Made by a program: the position numbers and the translations under genes. A DNA stretch of 64,000 nt, taken from NCBI GenBank assembly GCA_010093605.1, contig MU004182.1:1211032-1275031 (forward strand), read 5' to 3'. The notes below the pieces were generated by a model. It was not told where the DNA came from. It saw only the letters and a program-made list of their open reading frames with translations, and did not search any database. This document shows, piece by piece, positions 13,297 through 26,590 of the stretch. The first letter of the stretch is position 1; the number at the start of each line of letters is the position of its first letter. Source of the DNA: Lophium mytilinum. Its lineage: Eukaryota.

Positions 13297-16200
13297 TCAA
13301 TACCTGACGGGTACCTTGTAGAGCGGCACGTTCGAAAAATCGTTCTCGTCCCACCAGACTTTATTGCCCTCCAACCAAGCGCCTTGGTCCGTTGCGCTAA
13401 TCCCCGCAGCCTCGTTCTCCTCGATCTCGTTTTTACTCACCCCCATTTCATCTTTCGCCAACCACACCTTGGGCGTTTTGGAAGTAAACGCCGGATTTGT
13501 ATACGCGTTTTTGACATCGTCTTCTGAATACTCCGGCACCTCATCACCGGTGCCACCATCATCCGAAAGCCAGGTCTTCATTGCCTTGTGCGAGGCGAAA
13601 ACGTGAGGCTCAAAGAACTGCGCGACAGGGTCCACAACTTGCTTCGGGACTCTCATCTCCTGCCCGACACGCTGTACACGAGACGATGAGACATTTCCTT
13701 CTTCAGCGGCTGATAGCAGCGGAGTTTCTTCAGCTTCCTCGTCCGCCGCTTCGAGATCGGCCGGGAGGTACTTCTCGAGCGGGCTCAGTTGGTAATTCAT
13801 GGTGATGTTGTAGATGATGGTGACGCCAAGGAGAATAGCCGTCATCACGAGTGGCCCTGTGGCCTTGTGGATGCCGAACAGACCGATAAGGCACAGTTCT
13901 GCTACGTAGACTCCGGTGAGGAGCTGTTGGAGAGCACGAGTATAGCATTCGCCTTTCGTATCGATTTTGGTCTGGATCACGAAGAGCAAGTTGTGTCGGT
14001 AGCTGAGATAGTAAAAGAAGACACCGATGGCCGCAAATCCGAGGACAAGAGGAGCAATACAGGCATATGCAATGGCTAACATATATTAGATAAAGTAGCG
14101 AGAAGAAGTCGATGTATGATTTGACTCACCAATTATCGCAATATTTGTGAACTTAGGATACACATTACCCCATCCAATGCCTTTCAAGCTAGTATAACGA
14201 CTGTATTTCTGACGGGGTGTCTTGTCCATGAAGTAGTCGAAGAAGAGGTACGAGAAAAGGTCCGAGTAATTCAAGACATTCTTCGCGGCGGAGGCCGTTC
14301 CTTGAAGTATGATATACGTCAAGTAGAAATTTGACGCCTTTGGTATCTGCCTGGCGAGCATTTCCGGTACCCCGGCTGGATTTTGAGCAATTTGCGTTGC
14401 AACAGCAGCAGCCGCGGATGACAAAGATGTGACTAGAAAGACCTGTATGAATTGAAAGGCGTAGTACCAGTTTTGAACCTTTAATTCGGCTTGAGTATTC
14501 GTGGGTTGGCCACTTGACTTAGCAATCCCTAGAATAATAGCTTAGCGTGCAATTATTGTCTCTTGATAGCTTACTTACACCGGAAAATATTTGGAACATA
14601 GGAAACGAAGAGACTGGTCAAAAAGGGAGGCAGTAACCCGGTAAGGAGGCCAAGGATTGGAGCTGGTAGGTTGTTGATGAATCCCAGGAATTTGACTTTG
14701 TCTGTGAGATAATCAATATTAGAGATCGCTCCTATGACCGTGATAGGAATGGTCCAGAAGATGATAGTGGCCGCCACGAGAGCATTTGCAATGTAGCCCT
14801 GCGAGATACGACCAGCGGGATGAATAGTCAAGTTGTCCCAGATCACCTCTTTTGGCAGTACGCCAATGTATCTTGGGTTCATTGCGAGTACTTTGGAGGA
14901 AGGAAGCTGTTGGAACGCTTTCTGAGCGGCAGACTGTGTCGTAAACTCGACAAATACCGCGGAGTTACTGTGGTTGTCTGGTGCGGTATAAGACTTGCGA
15001 GCGTTCTCAACTTCGGAGGCTTTCTCCTCCACTTGCTTTCTCAACCACCCGATCTTATCAACCTTCTTCCCCGCGGGCTTGGTCAGGTATTTGGTTGGTC
15101 TTAATGACGTTTTGACTATGTCCGGAAGGCTAGCATAGTCTGGCGCTTCTCCGTTTCCTTGGCTTCTATTGGCTCGCACTTTTTTCTTATTCACGTTCGT
15201 CGACAATTCGAGTTCAGCACTCTCCAACTCTTCGACTTTTGAATTGCGACTTGACACTAAAGCTTCCAGAGCTTCAGACTTAGATACGGGCCAGAGTCTA
15301 GTAGCATCGTTGCCAAAGTTTTTGTGTAAGTTGTTCTCGTCGAGAGCAGACTTCGGAGCAGATAGAAACAGGACTGTCCGGGACGACAACCGAGTAGCAT
15401 TTGGTTTAGCTAGATGCCACGCCTGACGTAGGCCGACAAGCCATATGCGCTCGCGAGCTACCAAAAACATGATGAAGCCTGTACAGAAAGTAAGTGGGGT
15501 TCTCTTCGTATTGTTGCATCAACACCCTTACCAAAGAAGACCCATGCTATCACAGCGTGCGCATAAAGATGGCCGTTTTTGGCCTTGGCAACATTCCCGA
15601 TGGCAATTCTGTCCAATTGCTTGGCCTTCCCGCCTCCAGTATAATTCACAGGCATTAGTATCGGCCAGGTAAGACAAGCTCCCACAAAGCAAATGAAGAT
15701 GATGGTACGAAGGAATCGTAGGTAGAGATATGCATCGATCGACTGATGATGAAGCAGGAATTTATCGTCAAGAACTCTGAAAGTGTGTATCCAGTTGTAC
15801 CGTGACCGACTTGACAACGGTGTGCGGTCCCTTGAAGAGTCAGTGATGAGCATAGTTTTATAGTTTCTCGTACACTCACTTCTCTGGTACAATGCCGATG
15901 TAGGTTCTCGGCTTGTATATTCTGCGGTATCTATCCCGGATGAGGACGAATATAGCTAGGAATAATACAGCAGTCGCGACTGTTGGGATGAGTGTTGAAA
16001 CGATCGCAGTCAACGACGTCGAGCCCGGAAGCTAGATCTCAGTCAGTCTTTGACCATGCGTTTCGTTGTGTATAGGCATGGACGTAGGCGCATGAAGAAA
16101 CGACACTGACAGCACCCGAGGGGGAGTTCAAATGCAGTGATATAAGAAGTTCCGAACACGCATTCAACAGGCTGTTTCATTGAAACAGATTCACAAAAAA

Positions 16201-16300
16201 TATGTATCAAGATTGACTGAAAGCAAAGTGGAGAAAGATGCACAAGAAAAGCTATTGAATATACCTTTTTGTCCTTAGTATATGGTTCAAATTCGGCCAT
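13297..16300 (-). CDS. CSC1/OSCA/RSN1 (DUF221, PHM7-like) membrane channel
   Basis: Multi-exon gene. Start MAEFEPYTKDKK|LPGSTS (intron 16264-16032; an upstream ATG at 16348 is possible). Motifs IDAYLYLRFLR, AVFVEF, IPKASNFYLTY, IAYACIAPLVLGF and DTKGECYTRALQQLLTGVY. Confidence 0.85.
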
Positions 16301-16678
16301 GATGGCTGGACTGATGCCATCTGGGCTGAATAACGTTTGTGAAGCCATGATGTAGACGTGTTGAGCGCGAGGGCAGGGGTGCTCGATGATATAGGGAGGA
16401 GGCGATGGCAGCCTTGGAGGATGCTTAGAGCTGGGTAATCTGAAACAACCCAGACGTCATGGCAGAAACTCGTGCGCTCTCTAATGGAGTAGGAATGGGG
16501 CCCGAAGAGGATTCGCAGCAGTGTGTTTTCTTGAAGTGTTGATGGAATAGCAAGGCGCAGCTTGAGAGCAAGCTCAAGCTCACCAAAATAGCAATGACGT
16601 CTGAAGCTATCCAATTGGTCTGTGCCACCTGCCGCCTTTCATGAAACGCCTGACGCAGAATCCTACAACAGACCCACG

Positions 16679-17638
16679 ATGCCCTTCCGCGACCCAGTAG
16701 CCGCTCTCCTGGCGGAAAAGACGACTATCATACTCGACGGCGCTCTTGCGACGGAACTCGAGGCTCGCGGACTAGACATATCCTCCCCAGTGTGGAGCGC
16801 CGGAGCTCTCGTGACGCATCCGTCCCTAATACGCGACATACATTTCTACTACTACCGTGCCGGAGCTGACGTCGCAATCACTTGTAGCTACCAGGCTACT
16901 CCCCAAGGCTTCCGCGAACACCTTGGGCTCGACGAAGACACGTCCATTGCCCTAATCAAGAAGAGCGTCGACCTCGCGAAACAGGCGCGAGAAGACGCAC
17001 TCTTCAACGTCCCCCCTCAATACGCTCGAAAGCTGCTAGTAGCCGGAAGCGTAGGCCCATATGGTGCCTATCTTGCGAACGGGTCGGAATACACCGGGGA
17101 CTATAGTGTTAGTACGAAGGACATGAAGGATTTCCACCGAGGTCGGATACAGGCTTTAGTGGACGCAGGTGTCGACTTGTTGGCATGCGAGACTCTCCCG
17201 AAGCTCTCAGAAGCGTCTGCTCTGGTCGAGCTACTCTCTGAAGAGTTTCCTGAGGTCGCAGCTTGGATGTCGTTCTCTCTTCGGCCAAATGACCCAAGCC
17301 ACATATCAGATGGTACACCAGTGGAGGACGTTCTCAAAGCCCTGAACTCTTCTCCCCAGGTGGTAGCAGTGGGCATGAATTGCATACCAACGAATCTGGT
17401 GGTGCCAGCTTTAAAATTTTGGAAGAATTATACGTCGAAGCCCTTGCTCTGCTATCCGAATTCGGGAGAGCGGTTTGATGCGGTCACCAAAACATGGGAG
17501 GGCAAGCTCTCAGAGAGTGCAGTGGTAGCAGATCTGGTCATCCCAGGACGCAGACACGGAGCAAAACTTATTGGTGGCTGCTGTAGAACGAACGCGACCG
17601 ACATCGAGAATATAGTAGCGGCTTTGAACACTAATTGA
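16679..17638 (+). CDS. Homocysteine S-methyltransferase (SAM4/MHT1/MmuM family)
   Basis: Motifs ILDGALATELE, AGSVGPYGAYL, LACET, GMNC, YPNSGE and Zn-binding IGGCCRT. Single exon. Confidence 0.9.
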   Translation: MPFRDPVAALLAEKTTIILDGALATELEARGLDISSPVWSAGALVTHPSLIRDIHFYYYRAGADVAITCSYQATPQGFREHLGLDEDTSIALIKKSVDLAKQAREDALFNVPPQYARKLLVAGSVGPYGAYLANGSEYTGDYSVSTKDMKDFHRGRIQALVDAGVDLLACETLPKLSEASALVELLSEEFPEVAAWMSFSLRPNDPSHISDGTPVEDVLKALNSSPQVVAVGMNCIPTNLVVPALKFWKNYTSKPLLCYPNSGERFDAVTKTWEGKLSESAVVADLVIPGRRHGAKLIGGCCRTNATDIENIVAALNTN

Positions 17639-17953
17639 CCGGAAAGCCACGTAAGGACTCATAAGTACTAGCAATTCTCAAACATAACTTCGCAATTGGC
17701 ATGCTCTTGGCAAAGCTGATGTCTCTTCCCTCCAGTTGAGATCCTTCCCTACAAGTTAATACCCTTTTAATCCAGTGGAAAAACTCAATCCGTCTGCATA
17801 TGTCTAGCGAGTGAAGTTAAACGCGGTGCGTTATACACACATCGTCACTTTAATGATACTATTTGTAGTCTTTGTGGGGGATTACTCAACGCGTTCTACC
17901 CTTCCTCCATAAGAAGTAATCCCAGTAGTTGCGAGTATATCAGTTCGTCATTT

Positions 17954-18776
17954 TCAAAAGCTTCTCCTACCAATCACGTGGACTTGCTTGAGTAGAGACC
18001 ACCGCTTCTGTCCTTCAAGTCTCTCATCCTCCCTATGCTTCTTCAACTCTGGTGAACTCGCTTTAACTTTGAGCTTCATACCATACATACCTACAAACCT
18101 AACCATCACATCCCACCCGATTTCCTCCGGCAAATCCCCCTACTTCGATTTCCGAACCGACTCACTCGAGGCGATACTCATCATTACAACGACAAGTAGC
18201 CGCCTAATAGCGTTGGGGCCAGCCGTCCCTTCGTGGATCGTTCTGGCAGCATCGCACGGTAGTGTCAGCGCTATTTGGGTATTGTAGATATCGACGAGGG
18301 CGCTCAACATTGTGATTCGGAAGCTAACGTCTATCAACTTGTCGCCGAGGGTGTAGAGATCGCAGAGGGGCTCGACTATTGCCCGCCCACAATCTTTGAA
18401 CTCGGTCTCCTCGTCTCTCTCGTATGCAAAATCCCTGTCATTCTTTCAGGCGTCGGGGTCCCCAGACCGTAACTCCAGGTGCGCCATGTCCAGCGAGATC
18501 TTCCCTCTGTTGAGGTATCCGATATAGGAGGCGAAGACCTCGGGGTCGTTGGTCGGGAGGATGATGAGAGGTTCGTCTGATTCCCTCCAGAAGACATTGA
18601 GGGCGGCTTGAAGGACTTTCGGGGGACTTGTGCGGAGGATGCGCTCATGGAATGAGAAAGATTGTTGGGCTAGCTTTTCGGCGATGCGGACTTCGATGAT
18701 TTAGCCTCTGTGAAAGATGATAGGTTGGTGATGGGAGAGTGTGACCGAGGAAGCTGACGGACCGGAAGTATTTCAT
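17954..18776 (-). pseudogene. BTB/POZ-domain pseudogene
   Basis: One frame reads IIEVRIAEK..FSFHERILR...WRESDEPLIILPTNDPEVFASYIGYL...LYTLGDKL...IRRLLV, with in-frame stops at 18703-18701 (TAA), 18448-18446 (TGA) and 18142-18140 (TAG). Confidence 0.75.
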
Positions 18777-19385
18777 GTGGCGCACCCTGGAGTGTTTGAT
18801 GTCGGCAGGACGCGTGTCTGAGATTAGCGTAGGTTCTGCAGAGAAGGAGCGTGGGTAGTGTAAGAGGAAAATGTACCGTTACTGATCTTAGAGAGTTAGT
18901 TCAAAAGCTGATAATGTGAAAGTAGTAGTAAATTCTAGAGTTGAGGTGTTCTGTCATCTCTACCGTGGCAGGCCGCTTCATTGACCGCAGATCTTGAAAC
19001 TCTCCATATTTCAGGGGGCCGTTGTGAGCCGTGCCAGTGATGCGGCTGCCTTTCAGGTAGAAGACATTGTCCATAGATTACATCCTACTGCAAGGCTTCT
19101 GTGGGTCAGTCTTTCATCTTGTTGCTTTCAGGATGTGAGCAGTATTTCAGCTTGTAACATGAAGGAGGGTAACACGGAGATCTTTAAGGAGGCATATATT
19201 TGCTAAAGCCACCCAGGGTCACAAGTCTTCGTTTTCGTCGCACATGATACCCGCCCGCAAGTGATTCGCTTGATGCCTCGCTTTCGAATTACCCTTTCAA
19301 CATGGTTTGCCAATATCGGAATGTCCAACATGCCACCCATCCAGCCGTATCATCGAGTCTGGGGGCCTCGATATTCCAAAAGCGT

Positions 19386-20193
19386 TCACGTCGAAGGTCC
19401 GTTGATGGGACTCAGTTCATGGGTGTGAGTTTCGTTGTTCTCCTTTCGACTCTCCTGATTGACCGGCTCATGATATCTTTTCGTACCGACCCTCTTGAGC
19501 GGATCGTAGCTTGGCAGCGGTCGAAACTGCCCCATGCAGACGGCAAGGTCCCAAATGAACTCGACGGGGAATTCGTCTAGATTCCTGTCCTTGAGCCAGC
19601 TTCCAACAGTGTGATTTGTGAACATGTCGACAAGAAGGCGCCTTGCAGGAGACGATGCGAGAGTACCACTGTAGAAGGTCCTAATGCTGGAAGGTGCAGG
19701 ATAATAGAGCATGTCACCTTCTTTGGGATTCACGGTTGCTAGCATCCAATCGGTGATGTCATTCTTGCACTGAGGATCTTGCATCTTTTCCGCGAAGACG
19801 TAGAGCTTGCTCACAGCATTATAGTCTGCAGGTGCGTTCGAAGGCCGGTAATGGTCGAGAGATGGTTTGCCAAAGTAGAGATGTGCCACGTAGTCACGGA
19901 ACACGTTGGGGTCGTCATCGGGCAGCTTGATGATTCGATCATCGGATTCCTTCCATTTTCCGTTCAAGGCAACCGCAAAAAACTTCGACCGGGAGCAGAG
20001 CAGCGTATCATGAACCGAGAAAGCTTCCGCTTCTGCGCCGACCTGTACCATGACGGTTGTGTTGCCGAGTCTACTCAAGGGTTAGAATGTCGCCAGATCA
20101 TTCCCGAGTTGAACTGTTCAAATGCAATACGTACTCGGAGAATCCGTACTGGGAGAGCTTTCTCTTCAGACCCTGAGTCTGTTGGGGCGGCAT
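19386..20193 (-). CDS. BTB/POZ-domain protein
   Basis: Motif FSVHDTLLCSRSKFF...WKES...IKLPDDDPNVF. Phase-2 intron 20134-20071 follows a short first exon (MPPQQTQG). Confidence 0.85.
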
Positions 20194-21396
20194 GTTCGTC
20201 GCAACACGCCTCGGGCGAGGAGGTTGTGGTGGTGAAGTGGAAAGGAGAGATGAGATCGCTGATGCGAGTTGTTGATGGAAACGGTAGCCGCGCGGATCTA
20301 GCCGCGGATCCCTTTCACTTCACCTTGCCACGACTTCACCCACTCGCAATCTGGACTTGGTGACATGTCAAATGCTACTGCAATATTGCAGGACACGAGA
20401 CCCCGAAAGGAGGAAGTTGGTGGGGTGGAGGTGACTGCTCTGCCACGGATTTACGAGTCTCTAAGCGGATTGGATGAAAGTGAGCGAACAAATTTTGAGA
20501 AGATATCAGTACTTATTCTTGCTCTTCATAGCTTTATAGGGGTTCTCAGCCGTACAATCATTACTAATGCTCTCAATAGACAAATGTGCGTCACTGTTCC
20601 CTCCCCGTCCTATCTCGAACCTTCGCCAGGCCACTTCTTAATACGCTGGTTCACCCTCACGGGGAAGTTATGATGTCGGTGTCTAGATGCCTGGCTCAGC
20701 CTTTCAAGGGACAACATGACCGACGCGTTATGTCGTTGACCGCGTGAAAGTAGACCCTCTAGCACAACACGTAGTGGTTTGACGCGCAAATGTCAGTCCC
20801 AAAGAACCACAAAACAAGCGACTACCTGTGACTCAGGACTATGGATGAACGTGGAATACGAAGTACGAAGGTATTTACGTAGGAGATTGCTCAACACCCC
20901 TCTAAAGACCGACGACGCGAAGGGAAAGACCGGTGTTTGCGGTGATACTCGCCTTCGCGGCGGAAAATGGGCGGAACGGATTAATAAAGCCATGTTTACT
21001 CGCAATTAGCTTCTGAAAGCTTGGAGGTCCAGCTTTTGTACGAGCAGCTGAAGTAAAAGTGGGACCTGCTCGGCGTTCTTGTCCACGCACCAGGAGTTGA
21101 CCGCGGACATCGCTTCGGGGATGGCTGCCACGTTTTGTACAACCCCAAAAGTCCGGTCGGTCTTCGGGCACAAGCCGTCGCCCTTCGCTACCGCATCATC
21201 GAATGCAGCGAGACTAGGCGCGTACTAAGATCCTAGCAGCAGATATATGAACGCCTTTCCATCTGATACAATGCCATTATCAATTAACTACTAATCTCTC
21301 GCCTTCCATTGTCTTTTTTTCTAGATTTCCATTGCATCTTTGTCTTTCATACTTATACCCATCAGCAAGCATACAGCAATCCTTCTCTTCTCTAAC

Positions 21397-23060
21397 ATGG
21401 AACGCAAATCGGACGACATTGGGTCCAAATCCCAGCTGTCCATTGACTCGACCGCGCAGTCGGGTAACCGGACCCCTCTTCAAGACCCCGAGAAATTAGC
21501 CGTCGAGCAGAGCACCCAAGCGAACTCACAAATTGTGGAAGAGGGCACACCCGACCACTCCAAAAACCCCTGGCATCCATCACAGTTCCCAGATGGAGGT
21601 CTTGAGGCATGGGGCGTGGTTGCGGGCGCAGCATGTGGCATGTTCTGCAGTTTTGGATGGCTGAATGCCATCGGTGTCTTCCAAAGCTACTACGCAACCC
21701 ATCAACTCAAGGACTACACCTCGTCTGAAGGTAATATACCTCGGATGTGTTGTCTGATCACTGCTGACCTTGACAGTCGCGTGGATACCATCGTTGGAGA
21801 TATTCATGATGTTCATCATGGGTCCCCTGGTTGGATACGTCTACGACAATAGGGGTCCTAGGGAGCTGCTCTTAGTGGGAAGCTTTCTCCACGTCTTCGG
21901 CTTGATGATGACTTCAATATCGCACACCTACTATCAGATCCTTCTTGCCCAGGGAATCTGTAGTCCTCTCGGGCTCAATTGCATATTCAATGCATCCATC
22001 GGCTCGGTAACAACTTGGTTCTTCAAAAAGCGTGGTGCGGCTTTCGGTATCATGGTAGGCTACGATTCGCAGATTCCTCAGGTTTCATGCTAATGACTGT
22101 ATCTAGGCCGCGGGCTCGTCACTCGGCGGTGTTATTTTCCCCATCATGGTCAATCATCTTATCGAAGAGGTCGGATTTGGGTGGTCCATGCGGTATGTTC
22201 TCGACTGGTTTAATCGCAGCACACGCCTCTTACTAACTCTCTCACTAGTATTGTAGCTTTCATGATCCTCGGGATGCTGATCATTGCGAATCTCACCATC
22301 AAATCGCGACTGCCTCCGAAGAAGAGGGCCTTCAAGTGGATGCAATTTGTCACGCCTTTCAAGGATCTTAAATTCTCTGTTTTGACTGTTGCCTGCTTCC
22401 TCTTCTTCATGGGTCTCTTCATCCCGATCAACTTCATCGAGACACAAGCACTAGCGAGCGGGATGAGTCTGGGACTGGCTCAATACTTGATCCCGATCTT
22501 GAATGCTGCCAGGTAGGATCCCCCCGGTCACACGCACTCACCGCTGTAAAGCCTTTCTAACATCTGTGGCAGTGTTTTCGGTCGTGTCATCCCCGGTATC
22601 CTCGCCGACAAGTGGGGACGCTACAACCTGAACATCATCACCTCTTTCTTATCCGGCATTTTTACCCTCGCACTCTGGCTCCCTGCATCTGGAAATGCCG
22701 CCGTAATCGCTTTCGCTGCACTCTATGGGTTTACTTCTGGCGCGTTCGTATCACTTGCACCCGGCCAGATCGCGCAGATCTCGAAGGTCGAAGATATTGG
22801 AGTTCGTAGTGGTCTACTGTTCGCAGTGCTGGTGAGAAGAGCTACACCCTCGATCAAAAGTTGATTTGCTAACACCACTTCCCTTTCAGAGTTTTGCCGG
22901 TCTAGTAGCGAGCCCCATTGCCGGCGCTATTGTAAACAGTCAGAACGGCAGCTTCACAGGAGCGCAGATTTACGCTGGCGTTTTCATTCTCGCGGGCGCA
23001 ACTATGTTCATATTTGCGAGGGCCACACTAGTAGGTTTCAAGCTTGCTGTGAAGGTTTAA
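21397..23060 (+). CDS. MFS monocarboxylate-type transporter (MCH4/MCH5-like)
   Basis: Motifs [41 protein letters not shown] and ADKWGRYN, spread over about six exons with GT-AG introns. Confidence 0.85.
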
Positions 23061-23651
23061 TGGTCTAAGGGCACGGTCATTTGCCTCCCGCATAGAGTTG
23101 TATAGACAGGACTAAAATGGAGTGATTCACCTGGAGCGAGGCGAACCATTTCATAGTCGGATTGGGAAGGGCTGGACTGGAGTTTCTGGGCATTCAAGAT
23201 GTACTATATAGCCATTGGTGAAACCCACTCTTCGCAAATTTCTAGTCTAAGAACTGTCTGATTTGTTTTTGGCCTACCATTACTGCTGAACGGGTCCCTC
23301 ACACGCAATTTAAAGCTGATCCGGCCAAAATATTCATCAACCATTTCGAGAGACCTGATAAAAGAATCAAACCATCGTGAATACAATACTTGATCTAGGA
23401 CTACCACACGAGAAGGAAATTGACATGCTGGTCAGATTTTCTGACAGCTTCATTGCACGTCATCACGTGATGCTAGTCTCGGCCGTGACGCTCCTCGATA
23501 AGGCCGACACCGAACGTTGACTAATCTTGAAACCCCTAGTCATACTCATCGGCCGATTCGTCGTACAAAGTCCCTTCGCACCCTTGATACCTCTGCATGC
23601 TCCACACGCTCGGTCTATCCTCTATTGTTGTGTGTTCTATCCGTACTTGCC

Positions 23652-26265
23652 ATGCCTAAGAAACGGAACACTTGTACGAGATGCTCTATGCGGAGGCAGA
23701 AATGCGACCGGAACATGTAAGCCTTCCTATAACTCTTGGTACGATGCTTGCATTGAGCTCTGTGTGCATGTTACCAATGCTTGGAGTGCTTCAATATGGT
23801 TTCAAGAGACTGGCTGGGATATAAAGTTTATTGAGCCAAGTTTAGCACAAGTTATTGAAGCTCGGAATGCATTAGCTTGTCAAATAGCCAGTGGTCGGTC
23901 GCCAATTAGAAGAACATTCAAGCACTGGTGAGATTGTGTACACAGAGTCACAATCTAGTATTGTACTAAACTACTCTTTGTCTCGTACTTACTCTCTCTA
24001 GTCCTTGTGGAAGATGCATCCAGAACGGTGAGGCTAGCATATGTACGACCGAATGGCCGGATGGATACGATCCGCGAATTCATCGCAAGTATCCGACGAC
24101 GAAGGCAGATCATGAAAAGGAAAGTCCTTCGACGCAAGCTGGGTACCCAACGCCTATCGTAACGGACACGACGTCACAAACATCACAAACATCCCCCCCT
24201 CTCGTTTCAAATTCTACTAGTCAGCCGTTGGCAACCGCCAATCCATCTCCCGCCCCTGGACGGACTCAAGATCTTGAATTCATTACTTGGGGGCGCGCAA
24301 AACTTTCCGAGTTCAATCTTAATGGCAATTTTGCTGAGAGAGGCTTGGATACCAGAGTCCTCAATCTCGGAAATAGCTTTTGGCAAACAGAAGAAGACTC
24401 GTCTAACGACCTTGGCCCCCTTTCATCACCTGCACGATCTACCGAGATGAGCTATCTTCAGTCTCTTATACCCTCAAGAGAGCAAGTCTTTGCTATGGTG
24501 CAGTACCATGAGGATTGCTTATTGTGGCATCACGGCTCCTTCCATGGACCAGCCTTCCGTGAAGAGCTGACAAAGGTCTACAAGGACAATAGAATACTTC
24601 AGATTCGAGACTTGGACTGGAGGTGGACGGCGCTTCTATTTGCCATCCTTGCAGGCAGCTCTTTGTGTGCCCCAGACGGCATTGCTTACTCGTGGGGACT
24701 TACGAAACCGGAGAAGGACAGGCTGAGTAGGCAATGGTACCACGCGATCAATTCGAGCCTGATATTAGGGCAATACACGTCAAAGTATCACCTCTACACG
24801 ATCCAAGCTATAGCCACATCGTCGTTATCTGCGCACGTCTTGGGGTACTCTAAGCAACAACTTTCGCTTCTCAGTGTGTCAATCACTGTTGCTAGAGGCC
24901 TTAGTTACCACAGGATAGGTAAGGACGCTGAGCTAGAGCTTGATCGGGCTGGGCCAGATCTCACCCCAACCCAGCGGGAGGCAGTCATTCAGAGAGAAAC
25001 TGGTCGACGGCTATGGTGGCATCTCTGTACGCAAGGTAAGATAAAATCCCATCACTCCCATCACTCCCATTACTCCCATTACTCCCATTACTCCTATTAC
25101 TCCCATTACTCCCATTACTCCCATTGTTCCTATTACTTCCTACAGCTTTGCCTTTATTTCACATGAACTGATTCTAATACCAGACTGGCTCTGTACTACT
25201 ACGACGAGAATGTACTCAATACAAAGGCGACATTATACCACGACTGCGCCTCTCGACTACGATGACGAGACAATGAAACCTCTGGCGAAAGGGATACCTG
25301 GAATCACTCACTACACCAACCATTTACATAAGCTCGCCCGACTAAATGTGGAATTTTTCGAGGCCTTACAAGATGCCCAGAACGCTGAGGCCGAGTACGA
25401 CGTAGTGCTCAGATACGATTCTAAGATGCGCGCTTTGTACGCAGACGCCCCACCGTTCAAGACCACAAACCCTGAAGATGATCCTCGTCACCAATGGGTT
25501 CGGTGGGCCAACCGTGGTATAGAACTCTCCCATAACCATAAAGTCATCAAGGTCAACCAGTTTTTCCTGGGACGGAGCTTCTCGGAACCACGATACGCTT
25601 TCTCGAGATGGTCAACTATTACGGCGTCTAAGAATATCATCCAGATAATGTTAAAGGACTATGGAGAAGCGAGTCCGTGTTTCTGGATTGAGCAGGCTTT
25701 CTTGGTCACTGCCTGTATCAATCTCGTATTGGATATTTTGAACCGACCAGAAGAAGACAGCCCCGAAATCAAGGAACATTTGGCCTTGGTCCAGGCTGCC
25801 GTCAACACTCTGCAAAAATTCCCGAACAGCTCCATAGCTAGTCATGGAATCCATTTGCTCTCTACCTTGTCCAAGGACCGTGGCCGAAAACCAGACAAGA
25901 ACGACCAACAGCCCGAAGGTCAAAGTGCGACAAATTTCAGTAGCAATGTGCCTAGCGGCCAGGTATACCTACCGAATAAACGCCAGAAACGGTACAACAG
26001 CTCGATATTTCAATCTCCGTTCAGCACAGACATAGCACTTGCGAACCCCATGCCAGCCACTGACGGATCAACATCTATACCGAATATACTGAACCCAATG
26101 CAGTTTGATGGCAATGGAGACAATCTTAACATGCTCAATCAGTATCCATGGTATGCTAATGCTCACGATGTGGATTTCGGAGACATGCTCAATACATTTC
26201 CTCCCCAGTCAGGCTTAGAAGCAAACAATTTCTTCGAAGATGTCTTCAACCTCAATTTCTTCTAG
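23652..26265 (+). CDS. Zn(II)2Cys6 transcription factor with fungal middle-homology region
   Basis: CTRCSMRRQKCDRN|IPCGRCIQNGEASIC across intron 23717-24001, and ETGRRLWWHLCTQ|DW across intron 25036-25183. Confidence 0.88.
25047..25138 (+). repeat. Intronic 9-bp minisatellite (TCCCATTAC), about 10 units
   Basis: Directly visible tandem units inside intron 25036-25183. Confidence 0.9.
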
Positions 26266-26495
26266 CTAAGCTCGCTACCTGGATATTTCCGTCTGAAGTG
26301 ACCGGAAGAGTCCAAAGGACGACTTCCAATATTTGTCAGGTCCTCGAGACTAGTCCAAGCGACACATGCAGTGACAAGAGACTACACAGAAGTACAAAGA
26401 GAGAATGTGTTGTTATTGGACGCCATTTCTAGCCGCGTTTCGCGCTCGTCTTGAGTGCACGATTCGTGATACTGCACCGCGTTGACTTTCCAAAG

Positions 26496-26546
26496 TTCCA
26501 AAAGATTCTGGTTGTCAATCTTCCTTCACGTTCCGACCGCCGAGAT
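26496..26546 (+). pseudogene. Fragment resembling the N-terminal motif of a fungal GT25 glycosyltransferase
   Basis: Encodes FQKILVVNLPSRSDRRD after a TTGAC...AAG acceptor-like site; the similarity ends immediately. Confidence 0.5.
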
Positions 26547-26590
26547 GTAATCCAGAGCCTCCCTCTGTACTATCCCCTTCCTCCGGCCAG

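Noticed and set aside
25036..25166. His/Ser/Tyr-repeat C-terminus in the ORF track
   Set aside because: It is read-through into an intron; splicing restores the conserved Q|DW motif.
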